From Pirellulales bacterium (lineage in GTDB: Bacteria > Planctomycetota > Planctomycetia > Pirellulales > JAICIG01): DNA of 64,000 nucleotides. Where the stretch lies: contig DATKRK010000359.1 in the NCBI GenBank assembly GCA_035532215.1, positions 5,198-69,197 on the forward strand. Direction: 5' to 3'. Below, one piece after another: positions 56,332 through 64,000 of the stretch. Positions within the stretch are counted from its first letter, which is position 1. Each line of letters opens with the position of its first letter. The notes below the pieces were generated by a model. That model ran no database searches. It saw only the letters and a list, made by a program, of their open reading frames with translations, and was not told the origin of the DNA. The position numbers and the translations under genes were made by a program.

Positions 56332-57684
56332 ATGGCGTCGGACGCCGGTTTTCTCTATGATCTCGCGGCCAAAATCAGGCGCGACTCGTCAAGGAGGACG
56401 ACCGTGGATTCGCTCAAGACCCTATTTCTCGCCGCGTTGATGTCGGCAGCAGCCTATGGCGTGTACGTCACGGTCACCGCCAAGCCGGCCGCCGCGCCCC
56501 CCAAAGAGGCCCCGAATGATTGGGGCAACCCGCAAGTCGAATTGCCGGCCGAAGGCATGGCGGATTCGGCGAACGATTCGGACGCTTCGGCGCTCGCCTC
56601 GTCATCCGTGGATTCCGTGAGCGGGCAATCGCCGACGCCGCCGATCGGCGAGTCGCCGCCTCCGTTCGACGTATCCAGCGCCTCGACCCCCACGCCGCCT
56701 CGCTACCCAACCACCGATCCCGCCGACGCCGCAATGCCTTCCGCCGCCGACGCCTCGCTGGCCGGTCCGGCCCGCTATCCTTCGACCGATCCGCGTGAGG
56801 CGACCGATCCAGGCAATTCGTCGGCCGGCCCCGAGCCATTCCCCAGCCAACCGCCCGCGGCCCAGGAGGGGCAAGCGGATAACCGCTACGGCGAGGCGCC
56901 AGCTTCGCCGATGGCCGTTCCAGCCGGTTACGAATCGCCGCAGTCGAACTCCGGGGCCGGCGCGCGGGAGGAATTCGTCGCGGCGTGGGACGCGGCGATC
57001 GCGCTGTTGGATCAGAATAAGCTGGCCGAAGCCCACCTGGCCTTGAGCGAATGGTACGGAAGTCCCGTGCTGACGCCGGACGACGAGGCTCAACTGGTCG
57101 ATCTGCTCGACCGGCTGGCGGGCACCGTGATCTATTCGCGGCAGCACCAGCTCGAACGTCCGCACGAAGTGCAGCCCGGCGAGACGTTGGAGCAGATCGC
57201 CGGCTTGTACGAAGTGCCCTGGGAGTTGCTGGCCAACATCAACGGCATCCGCGACCCCCAGCGGCTGCGCACGGGCCAAGAACTCAAAGTGATTCGCGGC
57301 CCGTTCAACGCCCTGGTCGAACTCGAAAAGTTTCGCCTGACGCTGTTCGTGCAAGGCCGCTACGCCGGCCGATTCAAGATCGGCATCGGCAAAGACGAGA
57401 CCACGCCCTTAGGCGACTTCGAAATCTTGCAAAAGATCGTCAATCCAACTTACTACGGCAAGCCGGTTATCGACCAGGACGACCCCAACAATCCGCTGGG
57501 CGATTATGCCCTCGACCTTGGCAACAAAATCCTGATTCACGGCACGAACGACCCGCAAAGCATCGGCCGCGCCGAATCGAAGGGTTGCATCCGTCTCGAC
57601 AACCGCGACATTAAGGACGTGTTCGAGATTCTCTCGGTCCAAACCGACCGTTCGGCCGGTTCGAAGGTCACTATCCGCCGCTAA
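56332..57684 (+). CDS. LysM domain / L,D-transpeptidase (YkuD) protein with Pro/Ser/Ala-rich linker
   Basis: TM segment 'LFLAALMSAAAYGVYVTV', LysM 'HEVQPGETLEQIAGLYEVPWELLANINGI...LRTGQELKV', and YkuD catalytic 'LIHGTNDPQSIGRAESKGCIRL'. Confidence 0.9.
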   Translation: MASDAGFLYDLAAKIRRDSSRRTTVDSLKTLFLAALMSAAAYGVYVTVTAKPAAAPPKEAPNDWGNPQVELPAEGMADSANDSDASALASSSVDSVSGQSPTPPIGESPPPFDVSSASTPTPPRYPTTDPADAAMPSAADASLAGPARYPSTDPREATDPGNSSAGPEPFPSQPPAAQEGQADNRYGEAPASPMAVPAGYESPQSNSGAGAREEFVAAWDAAIALLDQNKLAEAHLALSEWYGSPVLTPDDEAQLVDLLDRLAGTVIYSRQHQLERPHEVQPGETLEQIAGLYEVPWELLANINGIRDPQRLRTGQELKVIRGPFNALVELEKFRLTLFVQGRYAGRFKIGIGKDETTPLGDFEILQKIVNPTYYGKPVIDQDDPNNPLGDYALDLGNKILIHGTNDPQSIGRAESKGCIRLDNRDIKDVFEILSVQTDRSAGSKVTIRR

Positions 57685-57721
57685 CTACGTGCAGGAATGC
57701 GTTGGCGCCGAGGCCGCAACC

Positions 57722-57777
57722 AAAGTCGCTTTTCGCTCCGCGAAAAGACGTTTTTTCGCGGAGCGAAAAGCGACTTT
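57722..57777. repeat. 25-bp perfect hairpin 'aaagtcgcttttcgctccgcgaaaa'
   Basis: The stem is 57722-57746 / 57753-57777 with a 6-nt loop. It lies between the L,D-transpeptidase gene and pyrE. Confidence 0.9.
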
Positions 57778-57899
57778 CGGAAACGATGCGGACCCGTTCC
57801 TGCGCCGCCCGAATCGCCGGCTCCCTAGCCGCTCGGCCCCCGGAGTGGTATAGAAAGGGTCGTTCCGCCCTGTTCTTTCCTCGGGCTCTAGATGCGACC

Positions 57900-58454
57900 G
57901 TGTACGATAAGCAAGCTCTGATGGCGCTGGTGCGCGACAAGGCCCTCAAGTTCGGCGATTTCACGCTGGCCTCGGGCAAAAAGGCCAAATACTACCTCGA
58001 CGGCAAGCAGGTCACGCTCGACGCCGCCGGCTCGCGGCTGGTCGGCGAGGGGATTCTCGATCTGCTCGGCGACGACTTGCCGCAGGCCGTCGGCGGCATG
58101 TCGATCGGCGCCGATCCGATCACCGCCGCCGTGGTCACGATCGCCGGAGTCCGCGGGCTGACGCTCTCGGGCTTCATGGTTCGCAAGGAGCCTAAAAGTC
58201 ACGGCACCGAGCGTTATATCGAAGGCCCCGTGAAACCGGGCGATCGCGTGGCGATCGTCGAAGACGTCGTCACCACCGGCGGCTCTTCGCTGCAAGCCGT
58301 CGACCGCTGCGAGCAGTTCGGCCTGACTGTGACGCGCGTGATCGCGATCATCGATCGCATGGAAGGCGGCGCCCAGGCGTTCGGCCAGCGCGGCTACCCG
58401 TTTGCCAGCCTGCTAACAATCCGCGATTTTGGCATCGAACCGCCCGTAAGCTGA
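57900..58454 (+). CDS. pyrE: orotate phosphoribosyltransferase
   Basis: '[19 protein letters not shown]' and the PRPP loop '[13 protein letters not shown]'. The start is uncertain: GTG at 57900 or ATG at 57921. Confidence 0.92.
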   Translation: MYDKQALMALVRDKALKFGDFTLASGKKAKYYLDGKQVTLDAAGSRLVGEGILDLLGDDLPQAVGGMSIGADPITAAVVTIAGVRGLTLSGFMVRKEPKSHGTERYIEGPVKPGDRVAIVEDVVTTGGSSLQAVDRCEQFGLTVTRVIAIIDRMEGGAQAFGQRGYPFASLLTIRDFGIEPPVS

Positions 58455-58477
58455 GCCGCCTTTTACCCGAGCCGCAG

Positions 58478-59428
58478 ATGGCGATCGTCAACCGCGTCCG
58501 TGTCATCGATTCGCACACCGGCGGCGAGCCGACTCGCGTGGTCGTCTCGGGCGGTCCCGACTTGGGCGCCGGAAGCATGGCCGAACGTCTCGCCATCTTT
58601 CGCCAGCGGCACGACGCATTTCGTTCGGCGGTGGCCAACGAGCCGCGCGGCTCGGACGTCATGGTCGGCGCCTTGCTCTGCGAGCCGGTCGATCCGACCA
58701 ACGCCGCCGGCGTGATCTACTTCAACAACGTGGGCTATCTCGGCATGTGCGGGCACGGCACGATCGGTCTGGCCGTGACGCTCGGCCATTTGGGCCGCAT
58801 CGGCGCCGGGCGGCATCGACTGGAAACGCCCGTCGGCGTCGTGGCCTTCGACTACGACGGCCGGAATACGGTCGAGATCGAGAACGTCGCCAGCTATCGA
58901 CATGCGGCCGGCGTGCCAGTCGAAGTCGAAGGCGTCGGACCGATCACGGGCGACGTGGCCTGGGGCGGCAACTGGTTTTTCCTAATCGGCGAGCACGGCC
59001 AGCAATTGGAATTGACGAACGTCGAGCGACTCACCGAGTTTACTTGGCGCATTCGCCAGGCGCTCGTTCGCGAGGGGGTAACGGGCGCCGCGGGCGAGGA
59101 AATCGATCACATCGAACTCTTCGGCCCGCCGCGCGATCCGGCGGTCCACTGCCGCAACTTCGTGCTCTGTCCTGGCAAGGCTTACGACCGCTCGCCGTGC
59201 GGCACCGGCACGAGCGCCAAGCTCGCCTGTCTGGCGGCCGAAGGCAAGCTGGCCGAAGGCGAACCGTGGATTCAAGAGAGCATTCTCGGCAGCACGTTCG
59301 TCGGCCGCTACCGCCGCGACGGCGAGCGGATCATTCCCATGATTCGCGGCACGGCCTTCGTCAACGCCGAAGCCACGCTGTTGTTCGATGATCAGGATCC
59401 ATTGCGATTCGGGATCCGAGCCATGTAG
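58478..59428 (+). CDS. proline-racemase-family enzyme, Cys/Cys type (4-hydroxyproline 2-epimerase or proline racemase)
   Basis: '[14 protein letters not shown]', '[12 protein letters not shown]' and '[11 protein letters not shown]'. Both catalytic Cys residues are present. Confidence 0.9.
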   Translation: MAIVNRVRVIDSHTGGEPTRVVVSGGPDLGAGSMAERLAIFRQRHDAFRSAVANEPRGSDVMVGALLCEPVDPTNAAGVIYFNNVGYLGMCGHGTIGLAVTLGHLGRIGAGRHRLETPVGVVAFDYDGRNTVEIENVASYRHAAGVPVEVEGVGPITGDVAWGGNWFFLIGEHGQQLELTNVERLTEFTWRIRQALVREGVTGAAGEEIDHIELFGPPRDPAVHCRNFVLCPGKAYDRSPCGTGTSAKLACLAAEGKLAEGEPWIQESILGSTFVGRYRRDGERIIPMIRGTAFVNAEATLLFDDQDPLRFGIRAM

Positions 59429-59449
59429 ACCATGCGTCCCGGCCGGTGA

Positions 59450-59547
59450 CTAAGGGAGGGCCGGGCGCCCCCGCCCGGCGCGCTACGCATCGTCCTTCCA
59501 GGGCGGCCGACGCTTCATCAAAACCGGGCGAGGGCGCCCGGTCCTCC
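59450..59547. repeat. 'gagggccgggcgccc(c/t)cgcccgg' family copy (relatives at 41686..41755)
   Basis: 'ctaagggagggccgggcgcccccgcccggcg' starts at 59450. The inverted partner 'ccgggcgagggcgcccggtcctcc' is at 59524-59547. Confidence 0.8.
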
Positions 59548-59564
59548 ACGCAGAAAAAGCCCGC

Positions 59565-60815
59565 ATGAAATCGCCTCAGCACATCTTGATTATCGGCGGC
59601 GGGGTGATTGGAGCGGCGTGCGCTCACTACCTGCTCAAGGCCGGCTGCCAGGTGACGCTCGTCGAACAAGGCGAGTTCGGCAAGGGCTGCTCGCACGGCA
59701 ATTGCGGCTTCGTCTGCCCGAGCCACGTGCTGCCGCTGGCCGGGCCGGGCGCCGTGGGCCGAACGCTCAAGGCGATGCTCGGGCGCGATTCGCCGCTGTC
59801 GATCAAGCCGCGGCTCGACGCCGCGCTCTGGAATTGGCTCTTTCATTTCGCACTGCGCTCGAACCAACGCGACATGCTCGCCGCCGCCGGCGGCATCCAG
59901 GCGCTGTTGAATTCGTCGCGGCGATTGTACGACGAGCTGTTCGCCGAAGAGCCGCTCGAGGCCGAGTGGGAAACGCGCGGCTTGCTGTTCGTGTTTCTTT
60001 CCTCCGCCGCGATGGAGCACTATGCCGAAACCGATCGGCTGATGGCGAACAATTTCGGCCTGGCCGCCGTGAGGTACGACGGCGACGACGTGGCGAAGCT
60101 CGAACCCGCACTCAAGCCGGGCCTGGCCGGCGGCTGGCATTATGAAAACGACGGCCACCTTCGCGCCGACCGGCTGATGGCTTCCTGGCGCAGGCTGCTC
60201 GCCGAGCGCGGCGCCACGATCCACGAACATTGCGAATTTCGCCGCTTCGTGCGCCGCGGCGAGCGGGCCGTGGCCGCCGAATGCTCGCTCGGCACGCTGG
60301 AAGCCGATCAATTCGTCGTCGCTGCCGGGGCCTGGACCCCGCGGTTGAAGCTCGATCTCGGCTGCCGGATTCCGATCCAGCCGGGCAAAGGCTATTCTAT
60401 CACCATGCCGCGGCCGGCCCGGGCGCCGGCGATTCCGTTGATGTTCGAGGAGCACCGCGTGGCAGTCACGCCGATGCAGTCGGGCTACCGGCTCGGCTCG
60501 ATCATGGAGTTCGCCGGCTACGACGACTCGCTCAAGCCCGAGAAGCTCGAACTGCTGCGCCGCGGCGCGAGCCATTATCTCCTTGAGCCGACCGCCGAGC
60601 CGATCGTCGAACGCTGGTTCGGCTGGCGGCCGATGACCTACGACAGCCTGCCGATCATCGGACGCAGCCCCGCACTCGCGAACGTGGCGCTCGCCGCCGG
60701 GCACAACATGCTCGGCATTTCCATGGCGCCCGCCACCGGCAAGCTGGTCGCCGAATTGCTCGGCGATTTGCCGCCGCACGTCGATCCCGCGCCGTATTCG
60801 CCGGCGCGATTTTGA
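59565..60815 (+). CDS. FAD-dependent D-amino-acid-dehydrogenase-like oxidoreductase
   Basis: 'ILIIGGGVIGAACAHYLLKAGCQVTLVE' (dinucleotide fold) and a DadA/DAO-like C-terminal 'AAGHNMLGISMAPATG'. Confidence 0.88.
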   Translation: MKSPQHILIIGGGVIGAACAHYLLKAGCQVTLVEQGEFGKGCSHGNCGFVCPSHVLPLAGPGAVGRTLKAMLGRDSPLSIKPRLDAALWNWLFHFALRSNQRDMLAAAGGIQALLNSSRRLYDELFAEEPLEAEWETRGLLFVFLSSAAMEHYAETDRLMANNFGLAAVRYDGDDVAKLEPALKPGLAGGWHYENDGHLRADRLMASWRRLLAERGATIHEHCEFRRFVRRGERAVAAECSLGTLEADQFVVAAGAWTPRLKLDLGCRIPIQPGKGYSITMPRPARAPAIPLMFEEHRVAVTPMQSGYRLGSIMEFAGYDDSLKPEKLELLRRGASHYLLEPTAEPIVERWFGWRPMTYDSLPIIGRSPALANVALAAGHNMLGISMAPATGKLVAELLGDLPPHVDPAPYSPARF

Positions 60816-61050
60816 GTAGCCCGAGTGGCCTGAGCATTGCCGCGGCTACTCGCTATGAGACGCGACAGTTGTTATCTGCTGATTTTCCTTCAAACCGGGC
60901 AAGCTGGGCGATTGGCGCCGCGCCGTCGCCAAAATCCTGCAATCCTCCTCTCGCGTCGAATGGCGAACCTGTTAGACTCTGGCTCGTCTCGGCGTACTAG
61001 CGGCACGGCGTCGCTTCCACTCAACCGGCTTCTCTCGCGGACGGCATATC

Positions 61051-62037
61051 GTGATCACTCAAGAGTTGGCGCCCCGGGCTGCGGCCCCGCAGCGCGCTGT
61101 CGCGCGAGCGGCATTTCCGCCGAATACTCCTTCACTTTCGACTGCCGTCGATCGCGGCAAGTTGCGATGGGATTACGTTGTGCCGCTGGCTTCGATGCAC
61201 CTCTTGGCGCTGCTGGCGTTGGCGCCTTGGTGTTTCAGTTGGACCGGCGTGATCGCCTTTGCGCTGGGCGTCAGCGTGTTCGGCCAACTCGGCATGCCGA
61301 TCGGCTATCATCGCCTGCTCTCGCACCGCAGCTTTCGCACGCCGAAGTGGCTGGAACGCTCCTTCGTGACGATCGCCTTGTGCTGCGGGCAGAACACGCC
61401 CGCCCGCTGGGTTTGCTGGCACCGCATGCACCATCAGCACTCCGACCGCCGCGACGACCCGCACAGTCCGCTGGTGACTTTCTTCTGGTCGCACGTCGGC
61501 TGGCTGCTGTTCGACAACCGTTCGACGCACAACGCCGAATCGTATTACAAATACGCCCGCGACATTCTCGACGATCCGTATTACATGTATCTCGAAAAAC
61601 ACCGCTTGGCGGCCGGACTAATCTACCTGGCCCATGCAGCGTTGTTTCTCTTGACTGGACTGGCGGTCGGCTGGGCGACGACCGGCTGGTGGCTGGCCGG
61701 CGTGCAGTTCGGGCTGAGCCTACTGGTCTGGGGCGTGATTCTGCGAACCGTCTACGTCTGGCACATCACCTGGGCCGTCAACTCGCTCGGCCACTTGTTC
61801 GGGTATCGTAACTATGAAACCGCCGAAGAAAGCCGCAACAACTGGTTCGTGGCGCTCATCACCGGCGGCGAAGGCTGGCACAACAATCACCACCACGACC
61901 CGGCCAGCGCCAGCGTGCAACATCGCTGGTGGGAAATCGACTTGAATTACTACGTCATCAAGCTCTTGGAGCGCTGCGGCCTGGCCACGCAGGTCGTGCC
62001 GCCGGCTCACGTGCGCCGCACGGCCCGCAGAGCGTGA
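61051..62037 (+). CDS. acyl-CoA/acyl-lipid delta-9-type fatty acid desaturase
   Basis: Three His boxes: 'HRLLSH', 'HRMHHQHSD' and 'WHNNHHHD'. GTG start as given in the track. Confidence 0.92.
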   Translation: MITQELAPRAAAPQRAVARAAFPPNTPSLSTAVDRGKLRWDYVVPLASMHLLALLALAPWCFSWTGVIAFALGVSVFGQLGMPIGYHRLLSHRSFRTPKWLERSFVTIALCCGQNTPARWVCWHRMHHQHSDRRDDPHSPLVTFFWSHVGWLLFDNRSTHNAESYYKYARDILDDPYYMYLEKHRLAAGLIYLAHAALFLLTGLAVGWATTGWWLAGVQFGLSLLVWGVILRTVYVWHITWAVNSLGHLFGYRNYETAEESRNNWFVALITGGEGWHNNHHHDPASASVQHRWWEIDLNYYVIKLLERCGLATQVVPPAHVRRTARRA

Positions 62038-62047
62038 GTCGCAACAG

Positions 62048-62194
62048 GTCGTGCTGGAAATCAAGGCGGTCGAATTGTTGGCGCCGATTCACGTACCGCA
62101 CTGGATAACTTGCCTCAAGCTCAGCGGCATGCGCGTCGGACTGCGAATGAATGACGGCATCAATCGCCTCGTTCCGTCGTTCTCCTTGCTCTAA
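62048..62194 (+). pseudogene. C-terminal remnant of a GxxExxY-family gene
   Basis: It translates to 'VVLEIKAVELLAPIHVPHWITCLKLSGMRVGLRMNDGINRLV'. This aligns by eye with the C-terminus of the intact copy at 63539..63916 ('VVLEIKAVESLAPIHEAQLMTYLKLSGLRAGLLMN...DGIKRIV'). The N-terminal two-thirds are missing. The same 'ttctccgtgcctccg' flank follows. Confidence 0.75.
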
Positions 62195-62350
62195 TCCGCC
62201 ACTTCTTCTCCGTGCCTCCGCGGCGAGCCTCGGCTTTTTGTGCTCGGCGCCCCTATTGCCCGCGGCGATTGGTTCGTAAAATTGCCGCGTCGATCTGATA
62301 TCAGGCGCCCAAAGGAGCGGCGCCGTCCAAAGTGCGAAAGGAACGAGGCA

Positions 62351-62842
62351 ATGAACGCACGCGAAGCGATCCGGGCTGCCATCGAAATGGCCAATTTCAT
62401 CGCGTCGGGATATCTCGAAGATCTCAGCGACAGCGATCTGTTGGTGCGGCCCGTGCCGGGCGCCAATCATATCGCCTGGCAGCTCGGGCACCTGATCTGC
62501 TCCACGCAGCGCATGTTCGACGCGGCGTTTCCCGGCACGCTGGCGCCGCTGCCGACCGGCTTCCTGGAAAAGTATACGAAGGAAACGGCCGCCAGCGATG
62601 ATCCGGCCGCGTTTCGTAAAAAGGACGAATATCTGAAGATCATGGGCGCCCAGCGCGAGGCGGCGCTCGCCAAGCTGGCCGGCCTGTCGGACGCCGATCT
62701 CGATCAGCCGGCCCCCGAGGAATACAAGGACTACTTGAAGAACCTCGGCGACCTGTTCGGCATCCAGGGCAGCCACCTGCTGATGCACGCCGGCCAATGG
62801 GCCGTCATTCGCCGCAAATTGGGGCGCAAACCGCTGTTCTAA
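62351..62842 (+). CDS. DinB-family protein
   Basis: I moved the start to the ATG at 62351 (upstream 'aaaggaacgaggca'). 'ANHIAWQLGHLI' and 'HLLMHAGQ' are His-containing DinB-fold helices. Confidence 0.85.
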   Translation: MNAREAIRAAIEMANFIASGYLEDLSDSDLLVRPVPGANHIAWQLGHLICSTQRMFDAAFPGTLAPLPTGFLEKYTKETAASDDPAAFRKKDEYLKIMGAQREAALAKLAGLSDADLDQPAPEEYKDYLKNLGDLFGIQGSHLLMHAGQWAVIRRKLGRKPLF

Positions 62843-62857
62843 GGCGGGGCGTTTTTT
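62825..62857 (+). terminator. weak candidate intrinsic terminator overlapping the DinB-family stop codon
   Basis: An interrupted stem (CGC-aaa-CCGC / GCGG-g-GCG) is followed by TTTTTT (62852-62857). Confidence 0.3.
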
Positions 62858-62941
62858 CATCCCTCGTCCTTGCCAACCGCCCCTTGTTGGCCCCTTGCTC
62901 GGCGGCTACCATGTGGGTTTCTCTGGTGTTGGGAGTCGGAC

Positions 62942-63442
62942 ATGCGTCATGTGCTTTCGGCGGTGGTGCAGAACGTCCCGGGAGTGCTGGCGCATATCTC
63001 GGGGATGTTGGCGTCGCGCGGCTACAATATCGACAGCCTGGCGGTCGGCGAGACCGAGGATCCGCAGCTCTCGCGAATGACGTTCGTCGTCGTCGGCGAC
63101 GACAGCGTGCTGGAGCAGGTCCGCAAGCAACTGGAGAAGATCGTCACGGTCGTCAAGGTGCTCGACATCAGCTCGCAAGACTTCGTCGAGCGCGACTTGA
63201 TGCTGATCAAGGTCTCGGCCGCTTCGGGCGCCAGCCGCAGCCAGATCAAGGAACTGGTCGAAGTGTTCCGCGGCCGGATCGTCGACGTTTGTCCTGAAGA
63301 TTTGATGATTGAAATCTCGGGCCCCGAGCGCAAAATCGAGGCCTTTATCGAACTGATGCGGCCCTTCGGCATCAAGGAACTGGTGCGGACGGGCCGAATT
63401 GCCATGGTCCGCGGCGCCTTGGCCGCGACTGCCGCCGAGTAG
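62942..63442 (+). CDS. ilvN: acetolactate synthase small (regulatory) subunit
   Basis: 'RHVLSAVVQNVPGVLAHISGMLASRGYNIDSLAVGETEDPQLSRMTFVV' (ACT domain) and the C-terminal 'FGIKELVRTGRIAMVRG'. Confidence 0.94.
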   Translation: MRHVLSAVVQNVPGVLAHISGMLASRGYNIDSLAVGETEDPQLSRMTFVVVGDDSVLEQVRKQLEKIVTVVKVLDISSQDFVERDLMLIKVSAASGASRSQIKELVEVFRGRIVDVCPEDLMIEISGPERKIEAFIELMRPFGIKELVRTGRIAMVRGALAATAAE

Positions 63443-63489
63443 CGACTCGTCCAGGGCCTCGCAAAAAGCGCCGCCGGCGCGGAGGGAAC

Positions 63490-63957
63490 TCACCACGGAG
63501 ACACGGAGGGCACGGAGAGGATTTTCTGAAAGGGGCGGATGATGTTGCTTTATGAAGAGTTGACGGGCGAAATTGTGGGCGCGGCGATCGAAGTGCATCG
63601 CGCGCTCGGGCCGGGATTGTTGGAATCGGCTTATGAAGAATGCCTGTGCCGCGAATTCGAATTGAGACGCGTTCGATTTCAGCGGCAGATTGCTTTGCCG
63701 GTAAGCTATCGTGGCCTGCAACTCGATTGCGGCTATCGAATGGATTTGGTTGTCGAGGAAAAAGTCGTATTGGAGATCAAGGCGGTAGAATCGCTTGCAC
63801 CGATTCACGAAGCGCAACTGATGACCTACCTCAAGCTCAGCGGCCTGCGCGCCGGCTTGTTAATGAACTTCAACGTTGTATTGATGAAAGACGGCATCAA
63901 GCGTATCGTTCTTTGATATTCTACTCTTCTCCGTGTGCTCCGTGCCTCCGTGGTGAA
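63490..63957. repeat. inverted 'caccacggag(a/g)cacggag' repeats bracketing the GxxExxY gene
   Basis: The left arm is at 63490-63520 and the right arm (complement) at 63924-63957. A related half-site at 62202-62227 follows the GxxExxY remnant. Confidence 0.85.
63539..63916 (+). CDS. GxxExxY-family protein (PD-(D/E)XK-like)
   Basis: 125 aa. 'GEIVGAAIEVHRALGPGLLESAYEECL' contains G-x-x-E-x-x-Y, and 'DLVVEEKVVLEIKAV' is nuclease-core-like. Inverted 'cacggag' repeats flank the gene. Confidence 0.9.
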   Translation: MMLLYEELTGEIVGAAIEVHRALGPGLLESAYEECLCREFELRRVRFQRQIALPVSYRGLQLDCGYRMDLVVEEKVVLEIKAVESLAPIHEAQLMTYLKLSGLRAGLLMNFNVVLMKDGIKRIVL

Positions 63958-64000
63958 CCTCGTCCACTTTTGTGATTGAAACAATTCAATGAACGCTCGC

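Noticed and set aside
60816-61050. Hairpin 'gagtagcc...ggctactc' after the FAD oxidoreductase, and possible promoter elements for the desaturase
   Set aside because: The stem is only 8-9 bp with a 20-nt loop and no T-tract. No convincing -35/-10 pair was found.

Overview
This is a GC-rich bacterial chromosomal segment. Its gene content points to Planctomycetota, probably Pirellulales-like. The evidence is a prepilin-N-terminus/DUF1559 protein with an H-X9-DG motif, membrane-anchored LRR proteins carrying an 'RFSLRTLL' segment, GxxExxY genes flanked by 'cacggag' repeats, and very dense palindromic intergenic repeats. I call 46 apparently intact CDS and 3 gene remnants (an IS630-type transposase N-terminus, a GxxExxY C-terminus, and a frameshifted POTRA fragment).

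Most genes are housekeeping: topA, ispE-spoVG, tyrA-purL-purQ, pepF, fabH, rph, rsfS, argS, a recQ-family helicase, pyrE and ilvN. They are interleaved with four other groups:
- An MdtABC-like RND efflux operon preceded by hemP.
- A run of exported proteins of unknown function: DUF3500-like, PQQ propeller, two unknowns and an SGNH hydrolase.
- A hydroxyproline epimerase/FAD-dehydrogenase pair.
- A translationally coupled bestrophin and beta-carbonic-anhydrase pair.

I found no rRNA, tRNA or CRISPR array by eye. Start codons were re-picked from the ORF track wherever a signal peptide, a conserved N-terminus or an RBS made a shorter ORF more plausible.

I do not see a convincing multi-gene novel system (defence or otherwise). 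The best leads are:
1. An orphan 201-aa protein whose motif order resembles a Spo11/TopoVI-A/JetD-type Toprim domain. It sits next to an AT-richer spacer containing a MITE-like element with 33-bp terminal inverted repeats.
2. At least a dozen distinct palindromic repeat families filling the intergenic spacers. One copy is embedded in frame in the 3' end of mdtB.
3. The overlapping bestrophin/beta-CA pair.
4. Two inverted paralogous three-TM LRR proteins about 45 kb apart.
5. Unusual domain architectures: SpoVG with a zinc-ribbon insertion, and a PurS-PurS-PurL fusion.

All homology statements come from motif recognition by eye. No search or computation was run.
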